Positions 9,279-18,984 of a stretch of 64,000 nt of DNA are shown here, one piece after another. The notes beneath the pieces were generated by a model. It saw only the letters and a program-made list of their open reading frames with translations, ran no database searches and was not told where the DNA came from. Numbering within the stretch: the first letter of the stretch is position 1; each line of letters starts with the position of its first letter. Source of the stretch: Myxococcales bacterium (GTDB lineage Bacteria; Myxococcota_A; Polyangia; Polyangiales; Polyangiaceae); NCBI GenBank assembly GCA_043747615.1, contig JAYTOU010000040.1, positions 1 through 64,000 of the forward strand, in the 5' to 3' direction. A program made the translations under genes and the position numbers.

Positions 9279-12200
9279 CTACGCGAGCACTTCAAGCATT
9301 TCGCCAACCACGCGGATCTCTCCGTCGCTCTCACGCATGCGAATCGATCGAAACGCGCGGTTGTCGGGGCGTAGCTCGATCTCCGTAACGGCGCCGCCCG
9401 AGTCGACCTGAGAAACACGCCATCGCTTGAGCGTGTAGCGCCCTCCGAGATCAGACTCGGCCCCTTCGCGCAGCTCCACAATGACTCTGCGCCCGTCGAG
9501 CGAGATTGCGCTCGGCGCGGTGCCGGCCTCGAAGCGCCGAAAAAGGCAATAGCTCCCATCGGGCACGCCGTTTTCCATCGATTGGCCCATGACTTGCGCG
9601 ACGAACATCGTCGGGTCTATTGAACGCCGCGTTCTCACCAGTGCCCAGCCAAGCGCCTCAGGGGATTGCGACGCGCTAAAGCCGCCGGCAGCCGCCGCGA
9701 GGTCGTAGACAGGCACCCCTTCGCGCTGCTCGGAGGATGGCCGCGCGTCGAGGATCTGAAACGGACGGCCGCTAGGAGGCCCGCCCGCGTCGGGCAGAAG
9801 TGGTAACGCTTCGTGACGACGAAGGAGATCGCCTATCTCGGTCGACGATTGCTCCTGCCACCATGCGATGTCCTCGCGGCCTGCCGGCTTGTTCTCGATC
9901 AGCATGATGTAGTGCCATGGCTCGCGATCGTGCTCGGTCAAGTGCTCGCAATAGGTTTCGCCCGCGCGGGCCTTCGTCCGATCACGATCGTCGAGGCGGC
10001 CCTTCACCTCGATAACGAAGTTGTGGAACACCTCACCGAGCTTCGCGCGCACGATGAAATCCGGGAAATATTGGGAGGTGCGCCCGCGCCAGTCGTACGG
10101 GATCGAGAAACCGACGCCGCTTCGGTCGTTGTAAAGCCATCCCGTCACGTCGGTGGCACGGTCCACGAGCACCGCAAAGGCGAGCTCATCACCGTTAGCA
10201 ACCGCGGCTTGCTGAAAGGAGGAACGCCGGAGAGCTTGGACGACGTTCTTCTTGAGCGCCTGGTAATTCCGGATTTCAGCCGCGCGGCGTTCCGATAGCT
10301 GCGCTTGCGAGGCTGTACGCTCGGCGACGATCGCTTTGCGTAGGGCCGGCAGGAGCGCCTTCGCGGTGCCGTCGATCACGTCGGGCCGAGCAAGGTTCCC
10401 GAGCGCAATCCGGGCCGCGTCGGGCTCCATCACGCCGCCGAAGTGAAGAGGAATTCCTGCGGGCAGCGCGAACGTCTTTCGCTCGAGAAACTCGCGAACC
10501 ACTTCTTTGACTGAGTTTTTGTGCTGGAAGGACGTCTTCAGCTCCTTGAGGAGCGGCACGGCGTACGCGAGCTCGATGACTTGGTCGAAGTCGCGATAGG
10601 AAGGTGCGCCCTCGAGCATGAACGTTTGACCGGCTTCTTCGTCGTGCTCGAGCGCTCGCTTCAGGAACGTTTGAATTTCGGTGTCGGCGATCTCGCCCTG
10701 CCACGGAATCTTCGGCGCGAGCGCCGGCAGCTTGTTGACGTCGAAGGTCTTCCTCCAGTCGTTCTGCTTTTGGGTGAGCCCTTCGAAGCGGAGCAGGCGA
10801 ACGTCAAAGGCCTCACGCTCAGCGGGGTCTTCTCGCTGTAAGATCGGGACGTATTCCCGCGGAGGATCGCCACCGTCGCCCTCCTCAAGAATGTCGCGGA
10901 TCTGATCGAGCACCGCTTTGAACGACGGATGCTCGATGACGTAGAGCTCCTCGTTCGTGATCGTCGCCGCCCCTTCGTCGTCGAGGATGGGCGGGTGCAT
11001 CTTTCGGAGCCCGCGTCCGAGCGTCTGCTCGGTAAGCGTCCGTGAATCACACGGCCGAAGCGGGACGATCACCTTGACGTTGCGGACGTCCCAGCCCTCT
11101 TTGAGCATCATCACGCTGACGACGACGTTGTACGGGTTCGGGATCATCGACGGCCGCCCATCACCGTCTTTGCGGCCGCTCGGATCGGGGATCACGTCGT
11201 GATCGATGGCGTTGACCGCGCTCCGGACTTTCTCCCAGTCGGCTTCGCTGCGGTTCTCTTTCTCGCCGATGTGGATCTCGAGCACCGTCGAGTGGACGTC
11301 GCCCGCCGCGTCCTTGAAGAGGAAAAGCGGCTCCCCGCCCCCGACGCCGCGCGAATCTATGTAGCCCGTTGGCGTTCGCTCTGAGGAGATTTCGGCGGCG
11401 GGGTCGCCGTACCGGAGGTAGTTTGCGACCTCCTTCGCCTCGGTCCTGCTGTCGCACAGTATGAACATGATGGGCTTCCGCTCATCCCCCTCGTCCTCGA
11501 ACTGGAGACGGACCTTCTTCCATCGCTCGATCCCAGTGACGATGATGTTCTTGTACTTCTCCCAGGCGTTCGGCTGCCCCTTCCGCTCGAGCGGCTCGAG
11601 CTCTCCCGTCGTCGCGTTCTTCACGACAACACGCTCGAGGATCGGCTTCTTGACGATCCCATCCGGGATGGCGTCCTTGAGATCGTAGCGAACGACCGTG
11701 TGCCGAAAGAGGTCGAAGGGCTTGAACGCGAGCGCGGGGCTCTCGCTCTTGCTCGCGGCTTGCTTCCGCGACGCGCCCGCCTCTGCGTAGAGCGTGGCCG
11801 AGAGATCGACCTGGAGCGCGACACGCCCCGCCGTCGACGCGCTCCCATTCAGTCGGCGGAGCGAGCGGATCCAGGCCATGGCCTCCACGATCGGCTCCGT
11901 GGCATCGGCGTCCTCGGGCGTGAGCTTGGCGCGGTCGCGCGCGCGTTGTTCGAACTGGGCGTGCGCCGGCTCGTCGCCGACGTGGTGCGCTTCATCGTTC
12001 AATACGAGCAGACCGTTCGAGCGCGCGAAGCGCTCGAGGAGCGGCGATTCGATGGCTTCCAGCTTTGCCGGGTCGTCGTCGTCGAAGAGCATCTCCATCT
12101 GCCGCTCCTCGGGCGAGAGGTGCCGGAGATCCGGGGCCGCCTGCCGCGTGCGGAGGAGTTGGTGGTAGTTGGTGACGACGAGCGCCCCCTCCGCGGGATC

Positions 12201-12893
12201 GAGCTTCAGCGGGCACGTCGCCGGGGAGTAGACGCGGAGGTCCCACGCGCTCTCGAACTCCGGAGGGATCACGGGGTCCGACGAGAACACGCTCGGCGAG
12301 CCATCGGGCGGCGCAAAGTCCTGGAGCAGCCGATCGCGCACGAAGAGGCCGGGAGCGATCACGATCGCATGGCGACCGAATCCGAGCGAGTTCTCGGGCT
12401 CTAGCACTGCGTTTAGGTACGCCCAGGCGATAAGAAGGCTCATCATCTTGGTCTTGCCCGAGCCTGTCGCGAGCTGGCCCCCGAGCTTCGCCCAAGGGTC
12501 GCGCTGCGGCTCGAGCGGGTCGACTCCGGCGAGCGTGTAGATCTCCTCGGCGCGCCGGATGCCGCGGACCTCGTGGAGATATATGAGGGTCTCGACGAGG
12601 CGGCGCTGGTGCGGCCAGTATTTGAACGCGAACGTGCGCGGGGCGCGCCCGAGCAAATGCGGCTCGTGGCGAAACCAGTGCGCGAGAAGCGCGTGGCTCG
12701 TCATGCTGAGCGGTCGCTCGCCGTCCGTCGCCGGCTGATACCGCGGCTCCTCCTCCGGGTACGGTTCCCTCGCACTTCCGAGGGGGAAGCCGCGCCACGC
12801 ATCAACGAGTCGCGCAATCTCGGAGATGACCTTCGCTTGACCTCGCGGCTCCTGCCCGCCGCCGTTCGTCGCGACCTTCTTCTTCGTGGCCAT
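9279..12893 (-). CDS. res: Type III restriction Res subunit (SF2 helicase + PD-(D/E)xK nuclease) with C-terminal S24/LexA-like peptidase domain
   Basis: Walker A LATGSGKT, NDEAHH, MLKEGWDVRNV, EQTLGRGLR, YFPDF..IEVKG; C-terminal DLAAAAGGF..VMGQSME..TLKR. The ATG at 12893 overlaps the mod stop (TGATG). Confidence 0.9.
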   Translation of the reverse strand: MATKKKVATNGGGQEPRGQAKVISEIARLVDAWRGFPLGSAREPYPEEEPRYQPATDGERPLSMTSHALLAHWFRHEPHLLGRAPRTFAFKYWPHQRRLVETLIYLHEVRGIRRAEEIYTLAGVDPLEPQRDPWAKLGGQLATGSGKTKMMSLLIAWAYLNAVLEPENSLGFGRHAIVIAPGLFVRDRLLQDFAPPDGSPSVFSSDPVIPPEFESAWDLRVYSPATCPLKLDPAEGALVVTNYHQLLRTRQAAPDLRHLSPEERQMEMLFDDDDPAKLEAIESPLLERFARSNGLLVLNDEAHHVGDEPAHAQFEQRARDRAKLTPEDADATEPIVEAMAWIRSLRRLNGSASTAGRVALQVDLSATLYAEAGASRKQAASKSESPALAFKPFDLFRHTVVRYDLKDAIPDGIVKKPILERVVVKNATTGELEPLERKGQPNAWEKYKNIIVTGIERWKKVRLQFEDEGDERKPIMFILCDSRTEAKEVANYLRYGDPAAEISSERTPTGYIDSRGVGGGEPLFLFKDAAGDVHSTVLEIHIGEKENRSEADWEKVRSAVNAIDHDVIPDPSGRKDGDGRPSMIPNPYNVVVSVMMLKEGWDVRNVKVIVPLRPCDSRTLTEQTLGRGLRKMHPPILDDEGAATITNEELYVIEHPSFKAVLDQIRDILEEGDGGDPPREYVPILQREDPAEREAFDVRLLRFEGLTQKQNDWRKTFDVNKLPALAPKIPWQGEIADTEIQTFLKRALEHDEEAGQTFMLEGAPSYRDFDQVIELAYAVPLLKELKTSFQHKNSVKEVVREFLERKTFALPAGIPLHFGGVMEPDAARIALGNLARPDVIDGTAKALLPALRKAIVAERTASQAQLSERRAAEIRNYQALKKNVVQALRRSSFQQAAVANGDELAFAVLVDRATDVTGWLYNDRSGVGFSIPYDWRGRTSQYFPDFIVRAKLGEVFHNFVIEVKGRLDDRDRTKARAGETYCEHLTEHDREPWHYIMLIENKPAGREDIAWWQEQSSTEIGDLLRRHEALPLLPDAGGPPSGRPFQILDARPSSEQREGVPVYDLAAAAGGFSASQSPEALGWALVRTRRSIDPTMFVAQVMGQSMENGVPDGSYCLFRRFEAGTAPSAISLDGRRVIVELREGAESDLGGRYTLKRWRVSQVDSGGAVTEIELRPDNRAFRSIRMRESDGEIRVVGEMLEVLA

Positions 12894-15472
12894 CACGCCA
12901 CCTCGCACGAGACGGTTGCGATCCCATCGTTGCCGAAAACATCCGTCACCCGCGCGGCGATCCGGTATTGGCCCGGCTCCGCGTATTTGAATTCGGCCAT
13001 GAACGTGAGCGGCTCCACCTCGTTCGACTTGCGGAGTCGGAAACTCTGCCACTCGCTCTCGAAGATGGGCTTCTCATCACTTCCCGCGCGGTGGCCGTAG
13101 TCCCAATCGATCGCCCAGAAATCGATGAACTTCTGCCATGTGTCCGCCTTCTGAAGCCACGTGTTGAGCTCCTTCTCACGCGCGCTCCACTTGTCCCGCT
13201 CGGCCACGGCTTTTTTCCGCAACGTGGCGCTCATGCCATCCGTGATCCCTTTCAGGGCCGGTCGTTGGCTCTGCAGGAAGGATTGGATGTCGATCTCGCA
13301 GCGATCCAACGTGACGCGGGCGATCCGCCCAGTCGTCGAAACCGCGAGCACGATTGAGAGCGGCGCGTAAAAGGCGGGGATCGCCATCGACTCGACGGCG
13401 CGCTCGCCACCCACCCGCATTATCTCGATCCTTCGGCGCACCTCGTCGATGGCGCTGATCGGGATGACGCGGATCGTGATCTGGACGCCGGTCTTTTGCT
13501 TGACCGCGTCTTTGTCGCCCGCGGAGAGCGTGTCGAAGTCGGCCGAGAGGACGGTGACGGCCTTTGTGTCGGTGCGCGCCGCCTCGCGCGCGATGCTCCA
13601 GATCTGCGCCGACGAGACGGCGCCATCGAGCGGCCCGACGTGGACCCACTGGCCCTCTTTACGGCCGTGGAGGTACTGGCCCATGGCCGTTGGCTCGCCG
13701 CCGAAAACCTTGATCATCTCGTCGCGGTATTTGCTCTTCTGCGACTGGAAGTCCTGCCACTGCTCCGCGCGCTGATAGACGCCCATGTTCTCGACGGTGA
13801 AGGGTCGAACGTCGAAGGTCTCTCGCGTCTTTTGGGCTTTCTCCTTGCGCTCGATGTTCTTGCATTTGACGCACTCGACGTAATCGATTTGCGGATTTTC
13901 CAAAGGCTTTGGCTGAGCGTGAAGTTGGATGAGTCGTTTTCGTGACAGGTGGATTGCATACTTGCCGTTGTCGATCCCGATCCATCGACAGCCTAAGCGC
14001 TCCGCGGCTTCCGCCGACGTGCCCGATCCGATGAAGCAGTCAAGAACGAGCCCGCCGGGGGGGCAAGATGCCCTCAGAATGCGATCGACAAGTTCGATTG
14101 GCTTCTGGGTCGGATACCCCTGGCGCTCCGCCGCCTGAGAGTTTACCGGCGAGATGTCGGTCCAGATCGATTGAAGGGGCATCCCGTGGTCGTCGAGGAA
14201 TCTCTTGAACCGAGGTTTCCCCCCGCGCTCGGGATAGTGAATGAGTCCCTGCTCATCGAGCCTCGTCATGGTCTCCAACGAGTAGCGCCATCCCATTGTC
14301 GGCGATGGGTGGCCCTTCCAGTCGTACATCATGTTCGGCCGGGGGTTCGGGCTCTCAATGGAGGTGAGTTGGTAGCGGCGCCCGGACTTCGGATCGATCT
14401 GATTGTAGTGAGACTTGATGTATTCGATCGCGTGCGGCCCAAAAACTGGCTGCCAGTATGCCGAGGCGTTCCCGTATGCGAGCAGAGTGTCGTGAACCCG
14501 GTTGAAACCCTGCGCGTCTGATCGCGCGAACGTCCGCTTCCATACGATCTCTTCACGAAAACTTTCGTAGCCGAAGATCTCGTCCATCAAAACCTTCACG
14601 TAATGGACCGCGTGCCAGTCGAGATGGACGTAGATGCTCCCTGTCGGAGCCAAGAGCTCCTTCAGAAGCTCGAGCCGCCGCTTGATCATGCTCAAGAAGC
14701 TGTCGAGCCCTTGTCGCCACGTGTCGCGGTACGCCAGGTGCTCGACGAGAGACGGCTCCTTCTTCGCCTGCACGCCCCCCTCTTCGTCGATCTCGATCTC
14801 GATGGTGTTGTCGGCGCGAAAGTCGTTGTTCACCATGAAAGGCGGGTCGATGTAGATGAGGTCGACCTTCGCGCGGTACCGGTACTCCTTCGTCGCGGGA
14901 TCCCTCTCGTCGAGGAGCGTCTGGAGCGCGACGAGGTTGTCGTTGGTCCAGATCAGGCGGTTTGGCGGAAGCTCGGTCGGGGGCCGCTCGCTCACGACGC
15001 GCACGTCGGTGTTGAATAAGGTGGCGCCGTGGTCGCGGGCGCGGCCGGGTCGGATGATCTCCACGACCTGCGTCGGCACGCTGACCACGGCCTCTTTCCG
15101 GTCCATCCCCTGCCAGGCGATGCGCGGCTTGCGTGGCTCGACCGAGACTTCGAGCGTGAAATCGTCGGGCGCACGCGGGGCGGCCTGGGGGACGGCCTGG
15201 CCGGCGGGCGTCGCGGCGGTAAGGAGGCGCGCGACGAAGACGGATTTCTCACGGCCGTCGCCCGGGAGGCCGAGGTCCTTGCACGCCGCCTTGAGCGACT
15301 CGTAGGCGAGCGCGGGGAGGATGCGCGCGAGGTCGGGAACGACCGACGACGCGATCCGATCGAGGAGATCCTCCTTCGTCATCTTGCTGTTGACATCGAG
15401 CTCGGCGCGTCGGGCAATCTCGAAGAGCTCAGGTTTGCTAAGGGTCGTGAGAACGGCGCGCTTTGTGATCAT
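12893..15472 (-). CDS. mod: Type III Mod subunit, beta-class N6-adenine DNA methyltransferase
   Basis: Motif IV YIDPPF precedes motif I VLDCFIGSGT; YPTQKP; C-terminal WAIDWDY..EWQSFR..VTDVFGND. Start placed at MITKR (GGAG SD) rather than the longer TTG ORF. Confidence 0.92.
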   Translation of the reverse strand: MITKRAVLTTLSKPELFEIARRAELDVNSKMTKEDLLDRIASSVVPDLARILPALAYESLKAACKDLGLPGDGREKSVFVARLLTAATPAGQAVPQAAPRAPDDFTLEVSVEPRKPRIAWQGMDRKEAVVSVPTQVVEIIRPGRARDHGATLFNTDVRVVSERPPTELPPNRLIWTNDNLVALQTLLDERDPATKEYRYRAKVDLIYIDPPFMVNNDFRADNTIEIEIDEEGGVQAKKEPSLVEHLAYRDTWRQGLDSFLSMIKRRLELLKELLAPTGSIYVHLDWHAVHYVKVLMDEIFGYESFREEIVWKRTFARSDAQGFNRVHDTLLAYGNASAYWQPVFGPHAIEYIKSHYNQIDPKSGRRYQLTSIESPNPRPNMMYDWKGHPSPTMGWRYSLETMTRLDEQGLIHYPERGGKPRFKRFLDDHGMPLQSIWTDISPVNSQAAERQGYPTQKPIELVDRILRASCPPGGLVLDCFIGSGTSAEAAERLGCRWIGIDNGKYAIHLSRKRLIQLHAQPKPLENPQIDYVECVKCKNIERKEKAQKTRETFDVRPFTVENMGVYQRAEQWQDFQSQKSKYRDEMIKVFGGEPTAMGQYLHGRKEGQWVHVGPLDGAVSSAQIWSIAREAARTDTKAVTVLSADFDTLSAGDKDAVKQKTGVQITIRVIPISAIDEVRRRIEIMRVGGERAVESMAIPAFYAPLSIVLAVSTTGRIARVTLDRCEIDIQSFLQSQRPALKGITDGMSATLRKKAVAERDKWSAREKELNTWLQKADTWQKFIDFWAIDWDYGHRAGSDEKPIFESEWQSFRLRKSNEVEPLTFMAEFKYAEPGQYRIAARVTDVFGNDGIATVSCEVA

Positions 15473-16287
15473 AGGGCTCCCGAGGCGCCAAGAGGGACCC
15501 TCGATCGGACGATGGAAGACCCCCGAGAGATGCGCGTCAAGCGGCAAGCGCCGCGCGTTTACGTCGTGACGTTCCGGGGCAGATCTTTTCGACCAGCGTG
15601 CGGGCGGCGGACTTGTCTCTCGTCGCGACCGCCGCTGACTGAGTCGCGCAACGCGCACTCCCAACTTGACATGAAGCGCGTCCAACCTTCCCGAGGGTCG
15701 ACGGGGCAGACGTCATCTTCCGACAGCTTCACGCGAGCGGCGGGCTCATCGCAGCGAACACATTCTCGATCCCCCGATCAGTAATGAAGGCGAAGGCGCT
15801 TGGATTCTCTGCGGTGGATGTACTTCTGTCTCCACCATGCGGCGATATGGCACGACGAGGTTCGCCCTACGCGCGCGGCGATTGCTAGTGGCAGGGGGAT
15901 CAAGCCTTGAGCAAGGGGTGAGCATGCAGCGCCGGCGGTCGTACGGAGCTCGCTCCCCTTCCTTGCAGAGCTCGAGACACGAGTCTCGCGATGGTCGTAA
16001 CCCGCAGGGATTCGGCGAGGGACTCCAGGTCGAGTCGAAGTCAATTCGAAGTGAGCGCTTGAAGTCTCCACTTCAAGTCCGCCTTCATCCCGCTAGCCTT
16101 CGTGCAGCGGCGGATCTGTGGCGCACCGCCGCGCCAATGCGAGGCGTCGGACGCTTGGTCCGACGAGGAGAAGAACGAGGCAGCGTTCCCCGCGCGCCTT
16201 CACGGTCTGCGACCCGCGTTTCGGTCGGTCGTTCAAAGGACGGCGAGCTTGTGATCCTTGTGGGACGCGTTCACCCTGCTCGTTAGA

Positions 16288-17198
16288 ATGGCCCCTCGCG
16301 ACGTTCATCCGAAGAAAACCTCCAAGGAACGTTCAGCAAAAGCTGCGCACGCGAAGGATTTGCGGCACCAGTATCCGCCGCTCTCTGACATCGAGCGGGG
16401 GGAGGTCAAGGGTGCGCTGCTCACCCTGCTCAAATGGGCTGTGGCCGACGAGCACTTCCCCGGCGCCTTGGGGGGCAAAGCGAGCTCTTCGAGCACTATC
16501 GTCTACTGTTGAGAAAGCTCGTTGGGCTTGTGGGCGAATGCAGCGACCGAGCGCCTCTTGGTCGCAAGGGCAAACATCTTGTGACGGCGCTCGACAAGGA
16601 ACTCGCGCCGTACGCGGATGCGATCGAGCGCGAGCTCACGCGGTTTCAGGCCGGCAAGAGAACCGCCGAGTCCCTTCCGGAGGACTTTCACGTCGCGCTC
16701 GGAAAACGGTTTCCGAACGCAACTAGCCCAGCCCTACGAACAATCATGAGTGTCTGGGGAGGCGATGGAAAGCAAAAATATGATCCGCGAAAGTGGATCA
16801 AAGATGGCCGCGGCCCACGAGAAACTGCACGTCGCCTGGTTGCTCAACTGGGGGCACGCGGTGCGCGAAATCTCGCAGCGTTCGACGCGTTGAGGGGGGG
16901 ACCGCACGAGAACGCCTTCAACCTCTCCTTCTTCACGCATGGATTGGAAGCGCCTAAGAGCAGCGTGCTTCGCTACGTAGTTGAGGGGCTTTACACCTCT
17001 GACGAAATTCTCCGCGTCGCGCTCGCCTCGCTTACCGCGATGGACGATCGAGCCGACGTGAAGGCCGAGTTCGACGCTGTCCATCGGCAAATGTATGCGA
17101 AGGAGCATGCAATCGCGGAGCGCGGGATCGAGCTCTATTCTGTCGAGGAAGACGGGTCGCCTCGCCGGAAGCGGAGGCTTCGGCCCCGCGCGAAGTGA
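16288..17198 (+). pseudogene. Hypothetical gene split by an apparent frameshift at a G6 run (16470-16475)
   Basis: ORF from ATG 16288 (MAPRDVH..FPGALGG) and ORF 16434-17198 (..LGGQSELFEHY..) join into one ~300-aa frame if one G is added. Confidence 0.5.
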
Positions 17199-17399
17199 TG
17201 GCGGACACTTCGCGCGCCGCCGGTCGGGCTCACGACAGATCGACGCAATGACGATTCGCCTCTTCTCGCAGCGTTCCAATCGTTCATTTCGTCGGCTCCC
17301 ACACGACACAATCGACGACGCGAGGGCTTCGTCAGCCGCCCTTCGACAATTCTCCGCGACCTAGAGATTGCGGATTCGGCGGGGTTCCTCGGTCCGTCA

Positions 17400-18980
17400 T
17401 TAGTGTCGATTCGTCGAAGCCGCGACGCGCAGCATCGCAACGTTCGGTTCGAAGGTTGGCGCAGGCGGACGCCCCAGTCTTCCGGTCGACGCTTGCGGCA
17501 CGACCACCCGGGCGTAGCCGCGCTCTTCAAGCGTCCGTACCGAGCGGGTTGCCTGCTCCGCGGTGGCGAAGGGCACGCCGCGCTGGACATCGCGGACCGA
17601 AAAGTTGCCCGCCACAGGTCCGCGGCGTTGAAGCCACCGGAGCGCCGCCTGCGCTTCGTCGTTGCTCCCGCCCTGGGCCATTTCCCCGAATGCGGCCAAC
17701 GCGTGTGCCTCGAAATAGCGGCCGAGTACGATGGCCGAGTTCATGGTTTCCATGCTCACCAGCGTGGCCCAGGGGCAGCCGGAGCAGGCGTGCTGTGCGC
17801 AGTGAAGGACACCAGCGAGGCGCGCGACTGCGCCCGCGAGTTTGCCCGCCCAGTCGCCGATGCCCGCGAGGTCCCCGCGGTCGGGATGAAGACGTGGCTC
17901 GAGGTCGCGACAGAACGCTTCGTGCGCGGAAGCGGCCCCCTCGGACAAACGCAAGAGAGGCGCTGTATCCGGAGCTCGCTTGAGTGCGAGCATTGCGCGG
18001 ACGCGGTCCGCGTAGTCGAGCATCACCCCCTCCGGCGCGGAGGCAGCCGCCGTGTTGCGCAAGCCGACGCGGGATGTCGGCAGGGAGTATAGAAAGCGAC
18101 CGAGCAGGCCCCGACCACGAAAGGTTTTTTTCGACACCAGCGACCGCAAGACCTCGGGCTGAATGGCAAGCCCCAGTGTGAGGGCCGGATGCTGGAGAAG
18201 TTCCGATGGTCGACCTAGCCGATCTACGCGAACGTTTTCTCCGTTATGCGCCTTCAAGAAGACATCGAGGTTCGCGGTGCCGCTCGCGCTGTAGCGCCCG
18301 GCTATCGTGTCGAAGATGCCACCTTCGGCAGAAAGAATGGCCATGACGCCGCCGTGAGCTGCGAGAAGACTCCCGAGCTTCTCAGGCGTCACGTCATCGG
18401 CGATTAGCCGGGGAGACTCCGGAACGGAGTTCTCATCAAGCTCCTTCTTCAGTTCCCTTGCGCCACCATCGTCGGCTGTTGGGGACTTCGCGGCCACCCG
18501 CAGCGCTTGCTTGTAGCGCTCCTCGAGCAAAGTGCGTCTTCCCATGGCTTCAGCGATCTGAGGCTTCACGCGCTCTACGAGGTCCTTCTCGAACGCTTCC
18601 ATGGGCGCGGTTACGTCGCTAAAGACCGCGCTCTTGCGTTCGGCTGGCGGTAGTACAACCGCGACGAAGAGGTTGAGTGGCTCGGTCCATCCCGGCTTCA
18701 AGAGGATACGGGCCTTCTTCGCGAGCGAGGCGGCTGCCACGGCGAGCACGAGCGTTCCCGCCAAGTCGGGCGGCGTCTGCGTTGCCTCCGCTTCGGCGCG
18801 AACGAACGCCGCGAGCACGGGAGGGAGGGCGTCCACCGGAAACGGCGAGCGAGACCCATCGCTGAATGGAATCGCCGGCTCCCAGGCGGCGGATGGGGCG
18901 CTCATTTCCTCGGCATCCTCCTCTGGGTCGTGAGGGAGCGTCCCGTTCACGAGGCGCGCATTTTCGTCAACGTCACTCAT
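17400..18980 (-). CDS. DUF3987/YfjI-like replicative helicase-type protein
   Basis: FPVDALP, EPLNLF, Walker-A-like PPAERKS, DDVTPEKL, SAEGG, GRGLLGRFL. ATG at 18980 with SD, just after the primase stop. Confidence 0.85.
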   Translation of the reverse strand: MSDVDENARLVNGTLPHDPEEDAEEMSAPSAAWEPAIPFSDGSRSPFPVDALPPVLAAFVRAEAEATQTPPDLAGTLVLAVAAASLAKKARILLKPGWTEPLNLFVAVVLPPAERKSAVFSDVTAPMEAFEKDLVERVKPQIAEAMGRRTLLEERYKQALRVAAKSPTADDGGARELKKELDENSVPESPRLIADDVTPEKLGSLLAAHGGVMAILSAEGGIFDTIAGRYSASGTANLDVFLKAHNGENVRVDRLGRPSELLQHPALTLGLAIQPEVLRSLVSKKTFRGRGLLGRFLYSLPTSRVGLRNTAAASAPEGVMLDYADRVRAMLALKRAPDTAPLLRLSEGAASAHEAFCRDLEPRLHPDRGDLAGIGDWAGKLAGAVARLAGVLHCAQHACSGCPWATLVSMETMNSAIVLGRYFEAHALAAFGEMAQGGSNDEAQAALRWLQRRGPVAGNFSVRDVQRGVPFATAEQATRSVRTLEERGYARVVVPQASTGRLGRPPAPTFEPNVAMLRVAASTNRH

Positions 18981-18984
18981 GCGA

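Noticed and set aside
15473..15685. Longer N-terminal extensions given by the ORF track for mod (also res, int, hemD, hemB, gltE, DUF3987)
   Set aside because: The extensions overlap neighbouring genes or regulatory sites; downstream starts have SD sequences or stop-start coupling.
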